Shown piece after piece: positions 1 to 14,918 of a stretch of 64,000 nucleotides of DNA. The first letter of the stretch is position 1. Each line of letters begins with the position of its first letter. The DNA is from Eledone cirrhosa. Its lineage: Eukaryota. A model generated the notes under the pieces. That model did no database searches and was not told the DNA's origin. It saw only the letters and a list, made by a program, of their open reading frames with translations. Where the stretch lies: positions 42,346,001 to 42,410,000 of the forward strand of contig OZ024755.1 in the NCBI GenBank assembly GCA_964016885.1, written 5' to 3'. The position numbers were made by a program, and so were the translations under genes.

Positions 1-2128
<2,128 letters not shown>

Positions 2129-3209
2129 AACTTTGAAATGTTTGGCCAGTATTGGCCCAGGCCATGTCTAACTTAATAGCACCACCTGGCGAAGTCTTTC
2201 AATTCAGGATTTGGGCACCATGGCCCATTCGAGAAGAGAATTACTGTTTGCGGAGACATATCCGGGTGTGGGTGGTTTGTCCGGGATTACTTGGAGGAAT
2301 TTGTCCAAAGACTTCTTGAATTTTGAGTGTCAGTTTCTGTTTTGACGTGTCCTGGTGTGATGTTGAAGAGAGCAGGGCCGATTGAGGTGAAATAATTGTG
2401 CCGTATTGTTGTTATGAGTTGCGATTTAGATTTTTGAATGGACGGATAGCACGGGGCCCAAGCCTTGGGTGTATCTTGAAGGCGATGCCAACATCATTTG
2501 GGCAGTGATGATGGAACATTTTCCACATCATGCAGATAATATAACGCTCACGGCGACGTTGGAGTGAGTAAAGTTTCAGTTTTCCAATCGACCCCAGTAG
2601 TCAAGGTCTGACATGCCATCTATCTTTTTCGTGATTGCCCTTTGAGGAGCTTCAAGTTTCATGATACTTTGTTTCGTGTGGGGAGACCACAGTGGACAAC
2701 AGTATTCAAGGTGTGGTCGGGCGAAAGTAGAGAAGAGAAGGATAATGGTGCGGGAATCTCTCGACTGGAAGGTTCTGAGGATCCAGGAACACATTCTGCG
2801 GGCCATGTCAACTTTGCTGCTTATATGCGTGGTCCAGCTTATGTTGGTGTCCACGGTTACTCCCAAGTCTCTGATGTTGTTAGATGCCACGAGAGTTTCC
2901 CCGGAGGGAAGGGAGTACGGGAGTTTCAGAGCATCCTCTTTTCCAAAGTGGATCAGTTCGAATTTGTCCTCGTTCAGTAACATGTTGTTCTTTTCTGCCC
3001 ATTGGGTAACAGCCAGTAGGTCTGACTGAAGGCTTATCCGGTCATCCACACCATTGATGACCTTTTGGAGCTTGGAATCATCAGCGAAAATTTTAATGTT
3101 GCTGTGTTTGATGATGTCAGTGATGTCATTAATATAGATGATGAAGAGAAGTGGGCCCAACACAGTGCCTTGTGGGACTCCACTACTGACTTTGGCTGGG
3201 CTTGATTTG
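2129..3209 (-). mobile_element. 5'-truncated, frameshifted CR1-like LINE 3' fragment (RT C-terminal half + 3'UTR)
   Basis: Minus-strand translation has [18 protein letters not shown] and PHLEYC..WSP; near-identical to 17208-18292 but with 1-nt deletions near 2330, 2440 and 2580. Confidence 0.92.
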
Positions 3210-3315
3210 CATATATATATATATGTATATATGTATATATATATATATGTATATGTATATATGTATATATATATGTATATATATATATATGTATATATAT
3301 ATATGTATATATGTA

Positions 3316-3346
<31 letters not shown>

Positions 3347-3361
3347 ATATATGTATATATG

Positions 3362-3420
<59 letters not shown>

Positions 3421-3421
3421 G

Positions 3422-3480
<59 letters not shown>

Positions 3481-3738
3481 GTATATATGTATATATATGT
3501 ATATATGTATATATATGTATATATATGTATATATGTATATATATGTATATATGTATATATATGTATATATATGTATATATGTATGTATATATGTATATAT
3601 ATATGTATATATATATGTATATGTATATATGTATATATATATATATGTATATATGTATATATGTATATATATATATATATGTATATATATATGTGTATAT
3701 ATGTATATATATGTATATATGTATATATGTATATATAT
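3210..3738. repeat. (TA)n/TATG microsatellite
   Basis: Direct reading. Confidence 0.97.
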
Positions 3739-4252
3739 AGGTTTCTTGGTGAGGAGGGTGACTCTGGACATCCTGCAGGACTAAAAACAAAACCTGTCAA
3801 AGGGCAAGGGAGCTCTTAAGACTCAATAGCCATCCAAAATCACCGGGAGAGATGACCCCTTAGCCTTTGTCAAGGCAGAATTCTAGGAGAACGAAAACTC
3901 TGATATAACACCTGCAACCCTGATGGTATCCAATGATGTTGACTTGTTCTTCTTTTTGGTAAATATCATCTTGGTTAAGAGAGTGGGACTGGCTTTGTGC
4001 AGTGCCTTTGCTCACTATAAAAGCTTCACAGCACAGGCATTGCTTTATATCTGGAGATCTCTCTGCACTTGTCATCACATGGTACCATGGGCCCTGCACT
4101 ATGTGTCAATAATGGTCACAGTGTAGTCTTTGTACCAGAGTTTTCAAGTCGCTGGCTGGACTAAAAAGTCACATTCGTTCAGCGCATCGGTAGGGGTTCT
4201 CCTACATGGATATAAAGTAGTGGCCGTACTCGAAAACGAGTTGGCAGCCACC
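3739..4252 (+). mobile_element. Non-autonomous bipartite RTE-derived element (SINE-like), 5'-truncated copy
   Basis: Homologous to 50859-51402. Its middle matches the RTE 5'UTR at 22617-22801, and its end matches the RTE ORF end (LAGLKSHIRS) and terminal hairpin. Confidence 0.8.
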
Positions 4253-4299
4253 ATATATGTATATGTATATATATGTATATATGTGTATATGTATATATG

Positions 4300-4330
<31 letters not shown>

Positions 4331-4383
4331 GTATATATATGTATATATGTATATATGTATATATATGTATATATGTATATATA

Positions 4384-7300
4384 AATTCACCTCGTGGACG
4401 AGAATGCGAGCACTCTTCTTTGTTTCGCCCGCGGATGGCTAACATAACCCCATCTCCCCCCGCCCCACACCACCCCCACCCTCCAAACGCGATCCAAAAC
4501 TTCAGAGTTGGTACCATAAATGTAGGCACCCTAAAGGGGCGCGCTAACGAGGTTGTAGAAATGCTTGAACGTAAGGAGGTCGATGTTTGTTGTATTCAAG
4601 AGACCAGGTGGAGGGGTGGGTCTGCTAGATTCATTGAGGGTAAAAAACGATGTTATAAGCTTTTCTGGGTGGGAAACGACGATGGGCTGGGTGGAGTAGG
4701 AATCATGGTAGCAGAAAAGTGGGCGGATAAGATAATAGACGTAAATAGAGTGAACGACAGAATAATTAAAATACGACTTGTCCTCAATAGAACTACGGTG
4801 ACAGTAATATCTGCGTATGCACCCCAATCCGGACTGCCCGGCACTATAAAAGACAGATTCTATGAGACACTGATGCTCACTACCTCCCAAATATCTGACA
4901 GTGACTATATAATTATTGCAGGCGACCTAAATGGTCACGTTGGGCAACATTGTGACGGCTACGACGAAATCCATGGAGGCTATGGGTTTGGTACTAGAAA
5001 TGAGGAAGGCTCCAGAATCCTGGAATTCTGTGATGCAAATAACCTAACTATCTGTAACACTAACTTCAAAAAACGTGACAATCACCTGATCACCTATAGA
5101 TCCGGGGAACACACAAGCCAGGTAGATTATATCCTTACCAGAAGACGTGACAGAGTGTCTGTTGTAAACACTAAATCCCTCCCCCATGAAGAATGCACCT
5201 CCCAACATAGACTGATAATTAGCGACCTCATAGTCAGGTCGAGACGTACTCGACAGCAGAAGAGGACTATCCTCAGGAGAAAAATATGGAAGCTAAAGGA
5301 CCCCACAGCCAAAAATAAATTTCAAAACATATTACTTGATGCTTTCGACAGTAAGGAAGAACACTTAGAGTCGGACAATATAGAGGGACAGTGGGAATTT
5401 CTGAAAGCAAACCTGCTGTTGGCCACAGACGAAGTCTGTGGCTGGAGCAGGCCTGTAGGCAGGAGGAGAGTAACATGGTGGTGGAACAGTAAGGTGGAGG
5501 AGTCAATTAAGGCCAAAAAGCAGGCTTGGAAAGTATGGCGGGATGGGGGAAGTAGAGTAGACTATCAAGTGGCCAGGAGGGAAGCTAGGAGAGAAGTGTA
5601 CTTAGCAAGAAGGGAAGCTGAGGAAAGAAAGTTCAAGCATGTCCTACAACGCGATGACCAAAAACGTGAGGTGTTCAGGATTGCTAGGCAATGCGTCAAG
5701 GAAAACCGTGATATTGTCGGGGAGAAGTGTGTACTTAACGATGATGGCATACTTGCCATCACCGACACTGATAAGAAGGCAGCTTGGAAGTGTCACTATG
5801 AAAGGCTACTAAATGAGGAGAATAAATGGGAGAAAGACAGTCTCCCCCATGTCGACCCAATAGAGGGACCAGCAGTGTTAGTCGAGGGGAGTATAATAAG
5901 TAAGGCAATCAAGGATATGAAGACAGGTAAGGCGGCTGGGCCTTCGGAAATAGTTGCTGAGATGCTGAAGGCATCTGGCACGGTGGGACACACCATGGTC
6001 ACCCGCATAGTTAACCAAGTCGTACAGAATGGGGTTGTTCCGAAGGACTGGCATAGCAGCATCATCGTTAACTGTTATAAGGGTAAAGGAGACGCCCTAG
6101 ATAGGAGTAACTATAGAGGCATTAAATTAATCGACCAGGTCATGAAGGTCACAGAAAAAGTAATAGCGCAACTAATCAGAGAGAGAATTGACCTAGATGA
6201 AATGCAGTTCGGGTTTGTGTCAGGCAAAAGTACCACAGACGCTCTTTTCATAGTACGACAACTACAGGAGAAGTACCTAGCTAAAGGTAAACCCCTCTAC
6301 TTAGCTTTTGTCGACTTGGAGAAAGCCTTCGACAGAGTCCCCCGCTCCATTATCTGGTGGGCTCTTAGAAAACTAGGCGTTGACGAATGGCTTGTGAGGG
6401 CTATACAAGCCATGTATAAAGAAACAGTCAGCAAGGTTAGAATTAACAACGAATATAGTGAAGAGTTTAGCGTAAAAGTTGGCGTCCATCAGGGCTCTGT
6501 TCTCAGCCCCCTACTATTTATTATTGCCCTTCAGGCTATAACAGAGGAGTTCAAGACAGGCTGCCCATGGGAACTCCTATACGCAGACGACCTGACACTC
6601 ATAGCGGAATCAATGGCCGAGCTAGAGAAGAAATTCCAAACATGGAAGCACGGCCTAGAGTCAAAAGGACTTAAAATTAACCTGGCTAAGACCAAAGTTC
6701 TAGTTTGTAGGAAAGAAAACAAGGCGGCGGTCCCTTCTGGGAAATGGTCGTGCTCGGTGTGTAGGAAAGGCGTAGGTAGAAACTCCATTTTGTGTCCTAA
6801 ATGCAAAGCATGGGTGCATAAAAGATGTAGTGGGATCACAGGTAAGCTAACTAAGAACATAGATTTTACATGTGGCCGGTGTTCTGGTGCAATAAGTAGC
6901 AGCAAGTGCCCACACAATACTAGCTCTTTCAATTGCGCAGAGGGTTCTATAGAAATAGTGGACAGCTTCCGTTACCTGGGCGATAAAATCAGCAGTGGGG
7001 GAGGGTGCTCTGAAAGTACTGTAGCTAGAGTCAGAACTGGTTGGAAAAAGTTCAGAGAGCTTATACCACTATTAGCTGCTAAAGGGTTCTCCCTAAAAAT
7101 GAAAGGCAGGTTGTACGATGCCTGCATACGAACAGCAATGTTGCATGGCAGTGAGACCTGGGCATTGTGTGCAGAGGATATACGCAGACTAGAGAGGAAC
7201 GAAGCTTGCATGCTCCGCTGGATGTGTAACAGTAATATACGTGAACGGCAAAGCATAAACGAACTAAGGAAAAAATTAGAGATAAGAGGGATCAGATGTT

Positions 7301-7910
7301 GTTTACTCGAGAGAAGGCTACGTTGGTATGGACACGTGATGCGCATGAAAGTCGATAGCTGTATAACAAAGTGCAGGGCAATAAAGATAGACGGTAGCCA
7401 CGGAATAGGCAGACCTAGAAAAACCTGGGACGAGCTGATAAACTCCGACCTCACACACTTACACCTCTCCAAGACAATGTCACTGGACCGAGACCTTTGG
7501 CGGTACTCAGTAACAGAGAAGACCCGCCTTGCCAGTAGGCATCTCTAACAAAATACACCCCGTCCCACCACCACCACCCCCACCCCATCCACACCACCCC
7601 GTCTTATGTAAAGTTATGTTGGTGCCGCGCCATCCGGGCCGAAACAAATGAGATCGTGTAGGTGTCACGACAAAAAAACACACAGTCCACGCTGTAATGT
7701 GGCCGTGTAGGCAACACGGTAAAAACCTCCCAGACCCACACTGTAAATGTGGTTGGTGTTAGGAAGGGCATCCAACTGTAGAAAACCTGCCAGACAGTCC
7801 TATGCGAGCAAGACAATCACTCTTGCCTCAAGTGGGACTACCCCCGTCCAAACCCATGCAAGCGTGGAACACGGACGTTAAACGTTGATGATGATGATGA
7901 TGATGATGAT
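4384..7910 (+). mobile_element. RTE-clade LINE, near full length, (GAT)n tail
   Basis: Single APE+RT ORF, 3'UTR ending CGGACGTTAAACGTT(GAT)n, flanked by TA tracts. Confidence 0.92.
4435..7548 (+). CDS. RTE ORF: AP endonuclease + reverse transcriptase + PHD-like Cys/His finger
   Basis: [28 protein letters not shown] (APE); [27 protein letters not shown] (RT); CxxC..CxxC..HxxC..CxxC; [12 protein letters not shown] at 4435 chosen in place of the microsatellite-derived start. Confidence 0.92.
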   Translation: MANITPSPPAPHHPHPPNAIQNFRVGTINVGTLKGRANEVVEMLERKEVDVCCIQETRWRGGSARFIEGKKRCYKLFWVGNDDGLGGVGIMVAEKWADKIIDVNRVNDRIIKIRLVLNRTTVTVISAYAPQSGLPGTIKDRFYETLMLTTSQISDSDYIIIAGDLNGHVGQHCDGYDEIHGGYGFGTRNEEGSRILEFCDANNLTICNTNFKKRDNHLITYRSGEHTSQVDYILTRRRDRVSVVNTKSLPHEECTSQHRLIISDLIVRSRRTRQQKRTILRRKIWKLKDPTAKNKFQNILLDAFDSKEEHLESDNIEGQWEFLKANLLLATDEVCGWSRPVGRRRVTWWWNSKVEESIKAKKQAWKVWRDGGSRVDYQVARREARREVYLARREAEERKFKHVLQRDDQKREVFRIARQCVKENRDIVGEKCVLNDDGILAITDTDKKAAWKCHYERLLNEENKWEKDSLPHVDPIEGPAVLVEGSIISKAIKDMKTGKAAGPSEIVAEMLKASGTVGHTMVTRIVNQVVQNGVVPKDWHSSIIVNCYKGKGDALDRSNYRGIKLIDQVMKVTEKVIAQLIRERIDLDEMQFGFVSGKSTTDALFIVRQLQEKYLAKGKPLYLAFVDLEKAFDRVPRSIIWWALRKLGVDEWLVRAIQAMYKETVSKVRINNEYSEEFSVKVGVHQGSVLSPLLFIIALQAITEEFKTGCPWELLYADDLTLIAESMAELEKKFQTWKHGLESKGLKINLAKTKVLVCRKENKAAVPSGKWSCSVCRKGVGRNSILCPKCKAWVHKRCSGITGKLTKNIDFTCGRCSGAISSSKCPHNTSSFNCAEGSIEIVDSFRYLGDKISSGGGCSESTVARVRTGWKKFRELIPLLAAKGFSLKMKGRLYDACIRTAMLHGSETWALCAEDIRRLERNEACMLRWMCNSNIRERQSINELRKKLEIRGIRCCLLERRLRWYGHVMRMKVDSCITKCRAIKIDGSHGIGRPRKTWDELINSDLTHLHLSKTMSLDRDLWRYSVTEKTRLASRHL

Positions 7911-7955
7911 ATGTATATATGTATATATATATATATGTATATATATGTATATATG

Positions 7956-8002
<47 letters not shown>

Positions 8003-8021
8003 GTATATATATGTATATATG

Positions 8022-8086
<65 letters not shown>

Positions 8087-8476
8087 GTATATATGTATAT
8101 ATATATATATGTATATGTATATATATTTATATATATGTATATATATGTATATATGTATATATATATATGTATATATGTATATATGTATATATATATGTAA
8201 TATGTGTATATATATATATATGTATATATGTATATATATATATGTATATATATATATGTAATATGTGTATATATATATATGTATATATGTATATATATAT
8301 ATGTAATATGTATATATATATATGTAATATGTATATATATATATATATGTAATATGTATATATATATGTATGTATATATATATGTATATATATATATATG
8401 TGTATATATATATGTGTATATATATATGTATATATATATATATGTATATATATATATGTATATATATTTATATATG

Positions 8477-8507
<31 letters not shown>

Positions 8508-8526
8508 GTATATATATATATGTATG

Positions 8527-8563
<37 letters not shown>

Positions 8564-8588
8564 GTATGTATATATATATATATGTATG

Positions 8589-8619
<31 letters not shown>

Positions 8620-8624
8620 GTATG

Positions 8625-8655
<31 letters not shown>

Positions 8656-8660
8656 GTATG

Positions 8661-8693
<33 letters not shown>

Positions 8694-8955
8694 GTATGTA
8701 TATATATATATATGTATGTATATATATATATATGTATGTATATATATATATGTATGTATATATATATATATGTATGTATATATATATATATGTATGTATG
8801 TATATATATATGTATCTATATATATATGTATGTATGTATATATATATATATGTATATATATATGTATGTATATATGTATGTATGTATATATATATGTATG
8901 TATATATATATATGTATGTATATATATATGTATGTATATATATACATATATACAT
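7911..8955. repeat. (TA)n/TATG microsatellite with GTAATATG signature block
   Basis: Direct reading. Confidence 0.97.
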
Positions 8956-9573
8956 CCTTGCCAGGATGAAGGATTCTAGAATACCAAAACAACTCTTCTA
9001 TGGAGAGTTGGTTAAAGGAAAACGACCGCCACATAAACCAAAAAAGAGGTATAAGGATTCCTTGAAGGCCTCTCTGAAAGACGCTAACATCTCTGCTGAT
9101 ACATGGGAAAATATTGCTGCTGATCGTAATAAATGGAGAAAGACTGTATATGAGGGAAAAGTTGCCTTTGAGGCATCTCGAATCGCACACGAGAAAGTAA
9201 AGCGGGACGTGAGGAAGGGTATTGCTGTTGCACTTCCAGACGGCGAGGGTCCTCCTATGTTTCTGACATGCAGCGTCTGTGCGAGACTCTGCCTAAGCAA
9301 AGCTGGACTCGAAAGTCATCTTCGCAGTCATAAAGTAAGACCAGTGGTTGACTACCAGGCTGCTGTTGGAGATGCTACTCATCATGCTTGCCAAACATGT
9401 GGTAGAGAATGTAAATCAGCAGGAGGACTCAAGCGACATGCAAAAGTACACGAACTCCAACCACAGCCGACTATTCCCAGTAAATGTTTTGGTTGCCGAC
9501 TCTGTGCAAGACATTTTGGATCATTGACTGGGCTAAAAAGCCACATTCGATAGCAGCACTGTTAGTTGCTATC

Positions 9574-9613
<40 letters not shown>

Positions 9614-9692
9614 GCTTATGTGCGTGCGTGTGTGTGTATATATATATGAATATGTATATTATTATTGTTGTTGTCGTTATTATTATTATTGC

Positions 9693-9744
<52 letters not shown>

Positions 9745-9805
9745 TTTTTTTTTTTTTTTTTTTTTTTGTGCAATGGCCATACTCGATAACGAAGGGGCAG
9801 CCATC
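8956..9805 (+). mobile_element. 3' fragment of the C2H2-finger RTE with an uninterrupted 3'UTR
   Basis: Near-identical to 31690-32446 followed by 38476-38597; shows the empty (ATT)n site. Confidence 0.93.
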
Positions 9806-9858
9806 ATGTATATATATATATATATGTATATATGTATATATATATGTATATATATATG

Positions 9859-9889
<31 letters not shown>

Positions 9890-10004
9890 GTATATATATA
9901 TGTATATATGTATATATATATGTATATATATATATATATGTATGTATATATGTATATATATATATATATGTATGTATATATATATATATATGTATATATA
10001 TATG

Positions 10005-10035
<31 letters not shown>

Positions 10036-10048
10036 GTATATATATATG

Positions 10049-10083
<35 letters not shown>

Positions 10084-10196
10084 GTATGTATATATGTATA
10101 TATATATATATATGTATGTATATATATATATATATGTATATATATATGTATATATATATATATATGTATATATATATGTATATATATATATATATG
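9806..10196. repeat. (TA)n/TATG microsatellite
   Basis: Direct reading. Confidence 0.97.
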
Positions 10197-10586
10197 TATG
10201 AAATATAAGAATCAAAGAACTGTTCAAAACATTATTGTGCTTACAGCTGTTTCCTCCAAACCGAGGTTTGGATTCTTCGGAGCAATTTATTAATGCATGG
10301 ACAGTTATATGACCTCCTTTTCAGCCGAGAGACATACCAATACATATTCAAACATTGATACATATTCAAACATTGTGGGTCAACATTCATTACAGAATTT
10401 AGAGTGGCAGTACACACTTCGAGATTACATTTATATTAATAGGTACAATCAAAAATCAAAGATATAGGTTAAAGTACAACATGAAGATAAGTGGTTATAT
10501 AGTGCAAATGTTATATGTGTGGCACGCATGTGCGTCTTGTTTATATAGTGTGGCAGAGAGATATGTGTGGTAGAGGCACTTAGGTA
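10197..10586 (-). repeat. 3' pseudo-LTR of the Penelope-like element
   Basis: Identical by eye to 14396-14785 (offset 4199). Confidence 0.92.
10238..10284 (-). ncRNA. Minimal type I hammerhead ribozyme variant (CCGAAGA core)
   Basis: Minus strand reads UGCU-CCGAAGA-AUCCAAACCUCGGUUUGGAG-GAAA-CAGCUG-UA-AGCA; helix III ACAGCUGU is palindromic. Confidence 0.7.
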
Positions 10587-11727
10587 GGTAAATAAGAGTG
10601 TTAGGTTGGTAGATCTGGTGGCAAAGTCTTTATATGATTGATGTAGTCTGTGTGTGGAGAAATATTATAAGCATTAAAGATAGTGCAAGCATTAAAAGTG
10701 TTATAAGTATTGGAGATGCACAGCGCAGGGATGTCAAGTAATTCATGTACTTCGGCATTTTCATGGTCAAGGGAGTGTATATTTCGATTATATGCCTTTC
10801 ACATAATCCACGACAATCCAGTTAGAGATCGTAGTCTGGTGTTCTTTAGTTCGATACAGGAGGTTGTTACGTTTCGAGAAACGCCATTGAATACCGGAAG
10901 TGTGTGTGTGGCTAAGGGGAGTTAATGCATGCGGGGAGGTAACTCTGGGGTTTCCATATCTAGCCATTAAAATGTGTCCCAATATAGACCCTAAATTCTA
11001 TGGTGAGGTGCACCTTCCAAGAGAGACTTTTAAAGCATAAAGTGTACTAACTATAGAGTAGTTTAACTAAATTATGCTGAAGGTGATCATATTATTATTA
11101 AGGTGGATTAACCCATCATAAGGTGCTACAAATGGAAATTATAGATGATGAGCGAGGATTCTAAATTAATGATCTCTGTGGTTGTAGTCTGCTCATATGG
11201 CCAGGCGCGGTGATTGCAGGATTGCTTCAGGACCCAATGATCTCTGGTAAGATCTGGGTCATCACTTGCTACATTGGATGTCGAAAGATAATCGTCCCCA
11301 GGCAGGCCAAAGGTCAATCCGCAGTCCTCGCGACCCCTCTCTGACCGTCAGATCATCCATATACGTACAACCCGCACGGCAGTTGCATTGCATTCACTCA
11401 CTGCGCTCCGCAGCCCGGTCCTACTGGTCAACAGCGCTACTCGATTAAATCATTTTACATCTGTCTAAGGAAGGTGTTTCCTCTGCCCAACACCATCCAA
11501 CCGATCAATTCATGCTCAAATTACCCTTAGAGCGGTGTAGTGCCGTCCAAGTGGGTGGATGTTGTCACACCTGCCGTAGAGGTATAAATGGGTATTTTCC
11601 CTGCGAAGGGTTCCAGAGGGATGTCGTTGTTTGTGTTATAATGGATCAGCTAGTGTTGGGTATGTAGTATAGGGTGTGTCTCTGGTGTTTGATGCTAGAT
11701 GTGGTGTTAGGTTCCAGTCCGACATTG

Positions 11728-14187
11728 CTATATATAGGGCTTAAAGTTTTGGAAGGAATGTCTGAGGCGGTGCTGGCAAGTTGCAAACACCTCAGATTTT
11801 TTGTTAAGTAGGTTACGGTTGGAGAAGATAATATTGTGTGTCTCTAGTATACAGAGGTTACAGAATTTATTAGGTGGTTTGTACGAGGTCGCGCTGCCTA
11901 TCACTTCCCATTTGAGTGTGTATGGTTTATTTTTAGATTTTAGATAGTGTATGTAGCTAGAAAGTGAGGTGGAGTTGGCTAGGCTGTGCTTTTTGAACGA
12001 GTGGATGTGCGAGTTATATCTGATTTTGAAGCAGTTAGAAGTGGAGCCTACATAGGTTTCTGAAGAGTTATTAGTCGTGACTGTGCATGAGTATATGACA
12101 TCCTTGGTTAGGCATTTTTTATCTAAAGGGCAGGTTCTATTAGCTCTACAGTTACAATTATTCTGTGCGTTAGTCCGCTGGTTATAATGCAATGCGGAAG
12201 TCTGTGTGGTGGATATAGGATTTTGGGTGTTCGGGTTGACAACCCTGGTGTTATTACTTATACTAGTGTTATTTCTATTGTTACTGCCGTTGCTATTGTT
12301 GCTTGCTACAGTGGTATTTAGAGGGTTTGCATCCCGTTGTGATTTTGTTTGTTGGAAGTAAGAACTAATTTTACTATTATTGCTGCTAGCTATGTGGTAT
12401 GCTAAGTTAGGCGTCGTAGAGTAAGAGATTTTAATGGTGTTTTTGTTTAAGAGGTTGTGGTACTTGTGTCCTAGAGGGAAGTTTTTATCTAGTAGTGAGA
12501 AGAAAGCCCTAGGTATGTTGGTGGAGACATTTAGGTTGAAAGGAGGGTTGAAAAATGTATTATTTCTTCTTCTATTTTTGCTTTTAGTGTTTGGTGTGTT
12601 GCTTCCTCCTAAGGCCTCACAGTAGTTTCCATGGTAATGGTTACTTCCGGTGGCACCCTCCGCTTTGGTGCACTTGTGGTTGCTATTCCTATTATTAGAT
12701 TTCCTCATGGACATGTTGTGCGAGATGATGTTGTAGCTATGTGTTTTCTTAGGTAGGAACTCAATTTCTATATTATGGCCGGAGCTAGCTAATGCTTGAT
12801 TGTAATATTGTGAGTTTTTGCTAAATATGTTTGCGTCATAGGACAGACTAGAGATTCTATTGGACACCCCCTTAGAGATAGAGTTTAATATTGATCTAGG
12901 GTGATTAGACTTGGTATCTACGTAAATAAGTTTCTCATTAGGCTTATGGAAAGGTGTATATATTTTTGAGTCTAGGTATAGTGTGGCGTCTAGGAAGTTA
13001 ACATTTTTAGTGTTTTTGTCCATGGTGATACTAAGGTTAAAGTTTTTGAATGTCTTATGCAGTTGTTTTCTAGTTCTTTCTATATTAAATTTTTTATATT
13101 CTATGAGTAGAAGTGCATCATCGCGGTACAAACCACCGTTGAGGTAAGGGAGGTCTTTATGGATTTCATTGAGGAGGTATAGGCCGACCAAATCAGTGAC
13201 CTGCGCCGAGTCACTAGATCCCATGGTTATGTCGAAGTTGTTGTGCGTATCCTTGCGTGTCCATAGTTGGTCCTCGAAGGTGATTATGGTTTTACGGGCC
13301 GCAAGGATGACATCAACCTGGGCTCTAGTCAGGTCGCTATTGGCCATGGCCATGATAAGTGCCTTATTTAATAGGATAGGGGAAATAGAGGTGTAGTATG
13401 AATTGATATCAAATTGAATAAATTTTTTGTTCTTATTATTCTTGATATCCTTAAACCATTCAATTACTTCACCCGTATTTCCCCATTGTTTAAGGTGTAT
13501 CTTGTGTTTAATTTGTGGGATGATTTTATCCAAAATCTTCTTGCTGATAATGCCAATGTCGGACTTGGAAGGGCAGATAAGTCTTATCGTGGGGTTGCTG
13601 ATGAAGTTCTCCTTATGGTCCTTCAGAGAGAATCTAGGGGGGTTCGGAGTGAAAGGTTCTGTATGCCTCTGTAGTCCTAGTTTAGACACTATATTATAAC
13701 CCTCTACATTAATATCTTCTAAGTTTTTCAAGGTGGTTTTTTTGTAGCTTTTATGTAGTTCATTATATATAAACTTTCTATAAGTAATATAATCTAGGCT
13801 GTATATGTTATTAGTTTTATCTGCGTGTACAATAATTTTATTACTAGTTTTGAATCCACTAATAGAAGTGTTAAGTTTGTTTAAGAAGGTGTTGCTTCTA
13901 ATATGGTGCTTATTGTATTTAATGTTCTTAACTAGTTTAACTAGGTCATTTTCAAAGGAGTTAAGTAGAGTGTTATGAGGGGGGTTTTTAAAGGTTTTAA
14001 AGCCGAAGGAGTCAAAATTGTTAGTATTATTCAAGTTGTTAGATTTGTTTCTATCATAATGGAATGTCCTCCATCTCACTCTATTGATAAATGAATTTAC
14101 ACTGTTGATCAGCAATTTCTCATATGTATTCCTGGATGGTATTGGTATGTTCTTGGTTGACATGGGGAGTTGGTCTTTGATTAGCAT
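11728..14187 (-). CDS. Penelope RT + C-terminal GIY-YIG endonuclease (Naiad-like), intact 819 aa
   Basis: ADKT, FDINSYY, TMGS, LYRDD, CNC..CPL..C linker, VIY..TYVGST..R...H (GIY-YIG), C-terminal CNLC..E..CQH. Confidence 0.9.
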   Translation of the reverse strand: MLIKDQLPMSTKNIPIPSRNTYEKLLINSVNSFINRVRWRTFHYDRNKSNNLNNTNNFDSFGFKTFKNPPHNTLLNSFENDLVKLVKNIKYNKHHIRSNTFLNKLNTSISGFKTSNKIIVHADKTNNIYSLDYITYRKFIYNELHKSYKKTTLKNLEDINVEGYNIVSKLGLQRHTEPFTPNPPRFSLKDHKENFISNPTIRLICPSKSDIGIISKKILDKIIPQIKHKIHLKQWGNTGEVIEWFKDIKNNKNKKFIQFDINSYYTSISPILLNKALIMAMANSDLTRAQVDVILAARKTIITFEDQLWTRKDTHNNFDITMGSSDSAQVTDLVGLYLLNEIHKDLPYLNGGLYRDDALLLIEYKKFNIERTRKQLHKTFKNFNLSITMDKNTKNVNFLDATLYLDSKIYTPFHKPNEKLIYVDTKSNHPRSILNSISKGVSNRISSLSYDANIFSKNSQYYNQALASSGHNIEIEFLPKKTHSYNIISHNMSMRKSNNRNSNHKCTKAEGATGSNHYHGNYCEALGGSNTPNTKSKNRRRNNTFFNPPFNLNVSTNIPRAFFSLLDKNFPLGHKYHNLLNKNTIKISYSTTPNLAYHIASSNNSKISSYFQQTKSQRDANPLNTTVASNNSNGSNNRNNTSISNNTRVVNPNTQNPISTTQTSALHYNQRTNAQNNCNCRANRTCPLDKKCLTKDVIYSCTVTTNNSSETYVGSTSNCFKIRYNSHIHSFKKHSLANSTSLSSYIHYLKSKNKPYTLKWEVIGSATSYKPPNKFCNLCILETHNIIFSNRNLLNKKSEVFATCQHRLRHSFQNFKPYI

Positions 14188-14395
14188 ATTGGCAATATTA
14201 TATGTCAGCTCAACGATATGGAGCAGTTAATAGTATTAGTTATACTATTTATGGTTATGTAAACACAAAACCTTAAGCAGTTGTAAGTATTTTACACACA
14301 CCCTAAATAGTGGTAGGCAGTAATGTATTACTACCTTATTACCAGTAAGTTAAGTAGCTCAATGTAAAAACATCAGATGATTTACAGAGCAGTTA

Positions 14396-14785
14396 TATGA
14401 AATATAAGAATCAAAGAACTGTTCAAAACATTATTGTGCTTACAGCTGTTTCCTCCAAACCGAGGTTTGGATTCTTCGGAGCAATTTATTAATGCATGGA
14501 CAGTTATATGACCTCCTTTTCAGCCGAGAGACATACCAATACATATTCAAACATTGATACATATTCAAACATTGTGGGTCAACATTCATTACAGAATTTA
14601 GAGTGGCAGTACACACTTCGAGATTACATTTATATTAATAGGTACAATCAAAAATCAAAGATATAGGTTAAAGTACAACATGAAGATAAGTGGTTATATA
14701 GTGCAAATGTTATATGTGTGGCACGCATGTGCGTCTTGTTTATATAGTGTGGCAGAGAGATATGTGTGGTAGAGGCACTTAGGTA
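14396..14785 (-). repeat. 5' pseudo-LTR of the Penelope-like element
   Basis: Direct repeat of 10197-10586. Confidence 0.92.
14437..14483 (-). ncRNA. Hammerhead variant, second pLTR copy
   Basis: Same motif as 10238-10284. Confidence 0.7.
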
Positions 14786-14827
14786 TATATATGTATGTAT
14801 ATATATATATATGTATATATATATATG

Positions 14828-14858
<31 letters not shown>

Positions 14859-14871
14859 GTATATATATATG

Positions 14872-14902
<31 letters not shown>

Positions 14903-14918
14903 GTATATATATATATAT

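Larger units (their letters stand above)
10197..14785 (-). mobile_element. Penelope-like element (Naiad-like) with direct pseudo-LTRs
   Basis: RT + GIY-YIG ORF bounded by 390-bp direct repeats at 10197-10586 and 14396-14785. Confidence 0.9.

Noticed and set aside
4384-4450. Possible HDV-like ribozyme at the RTE 5' end (TTC-ACCTCGT-GGA ... GGCTAA)
   Set aside because: L3-like and J4/2-like motifs are present, but the P1 5' strand and P2 partners are missing and P1.1/P4 are unconvincing; would need an untruncated copy
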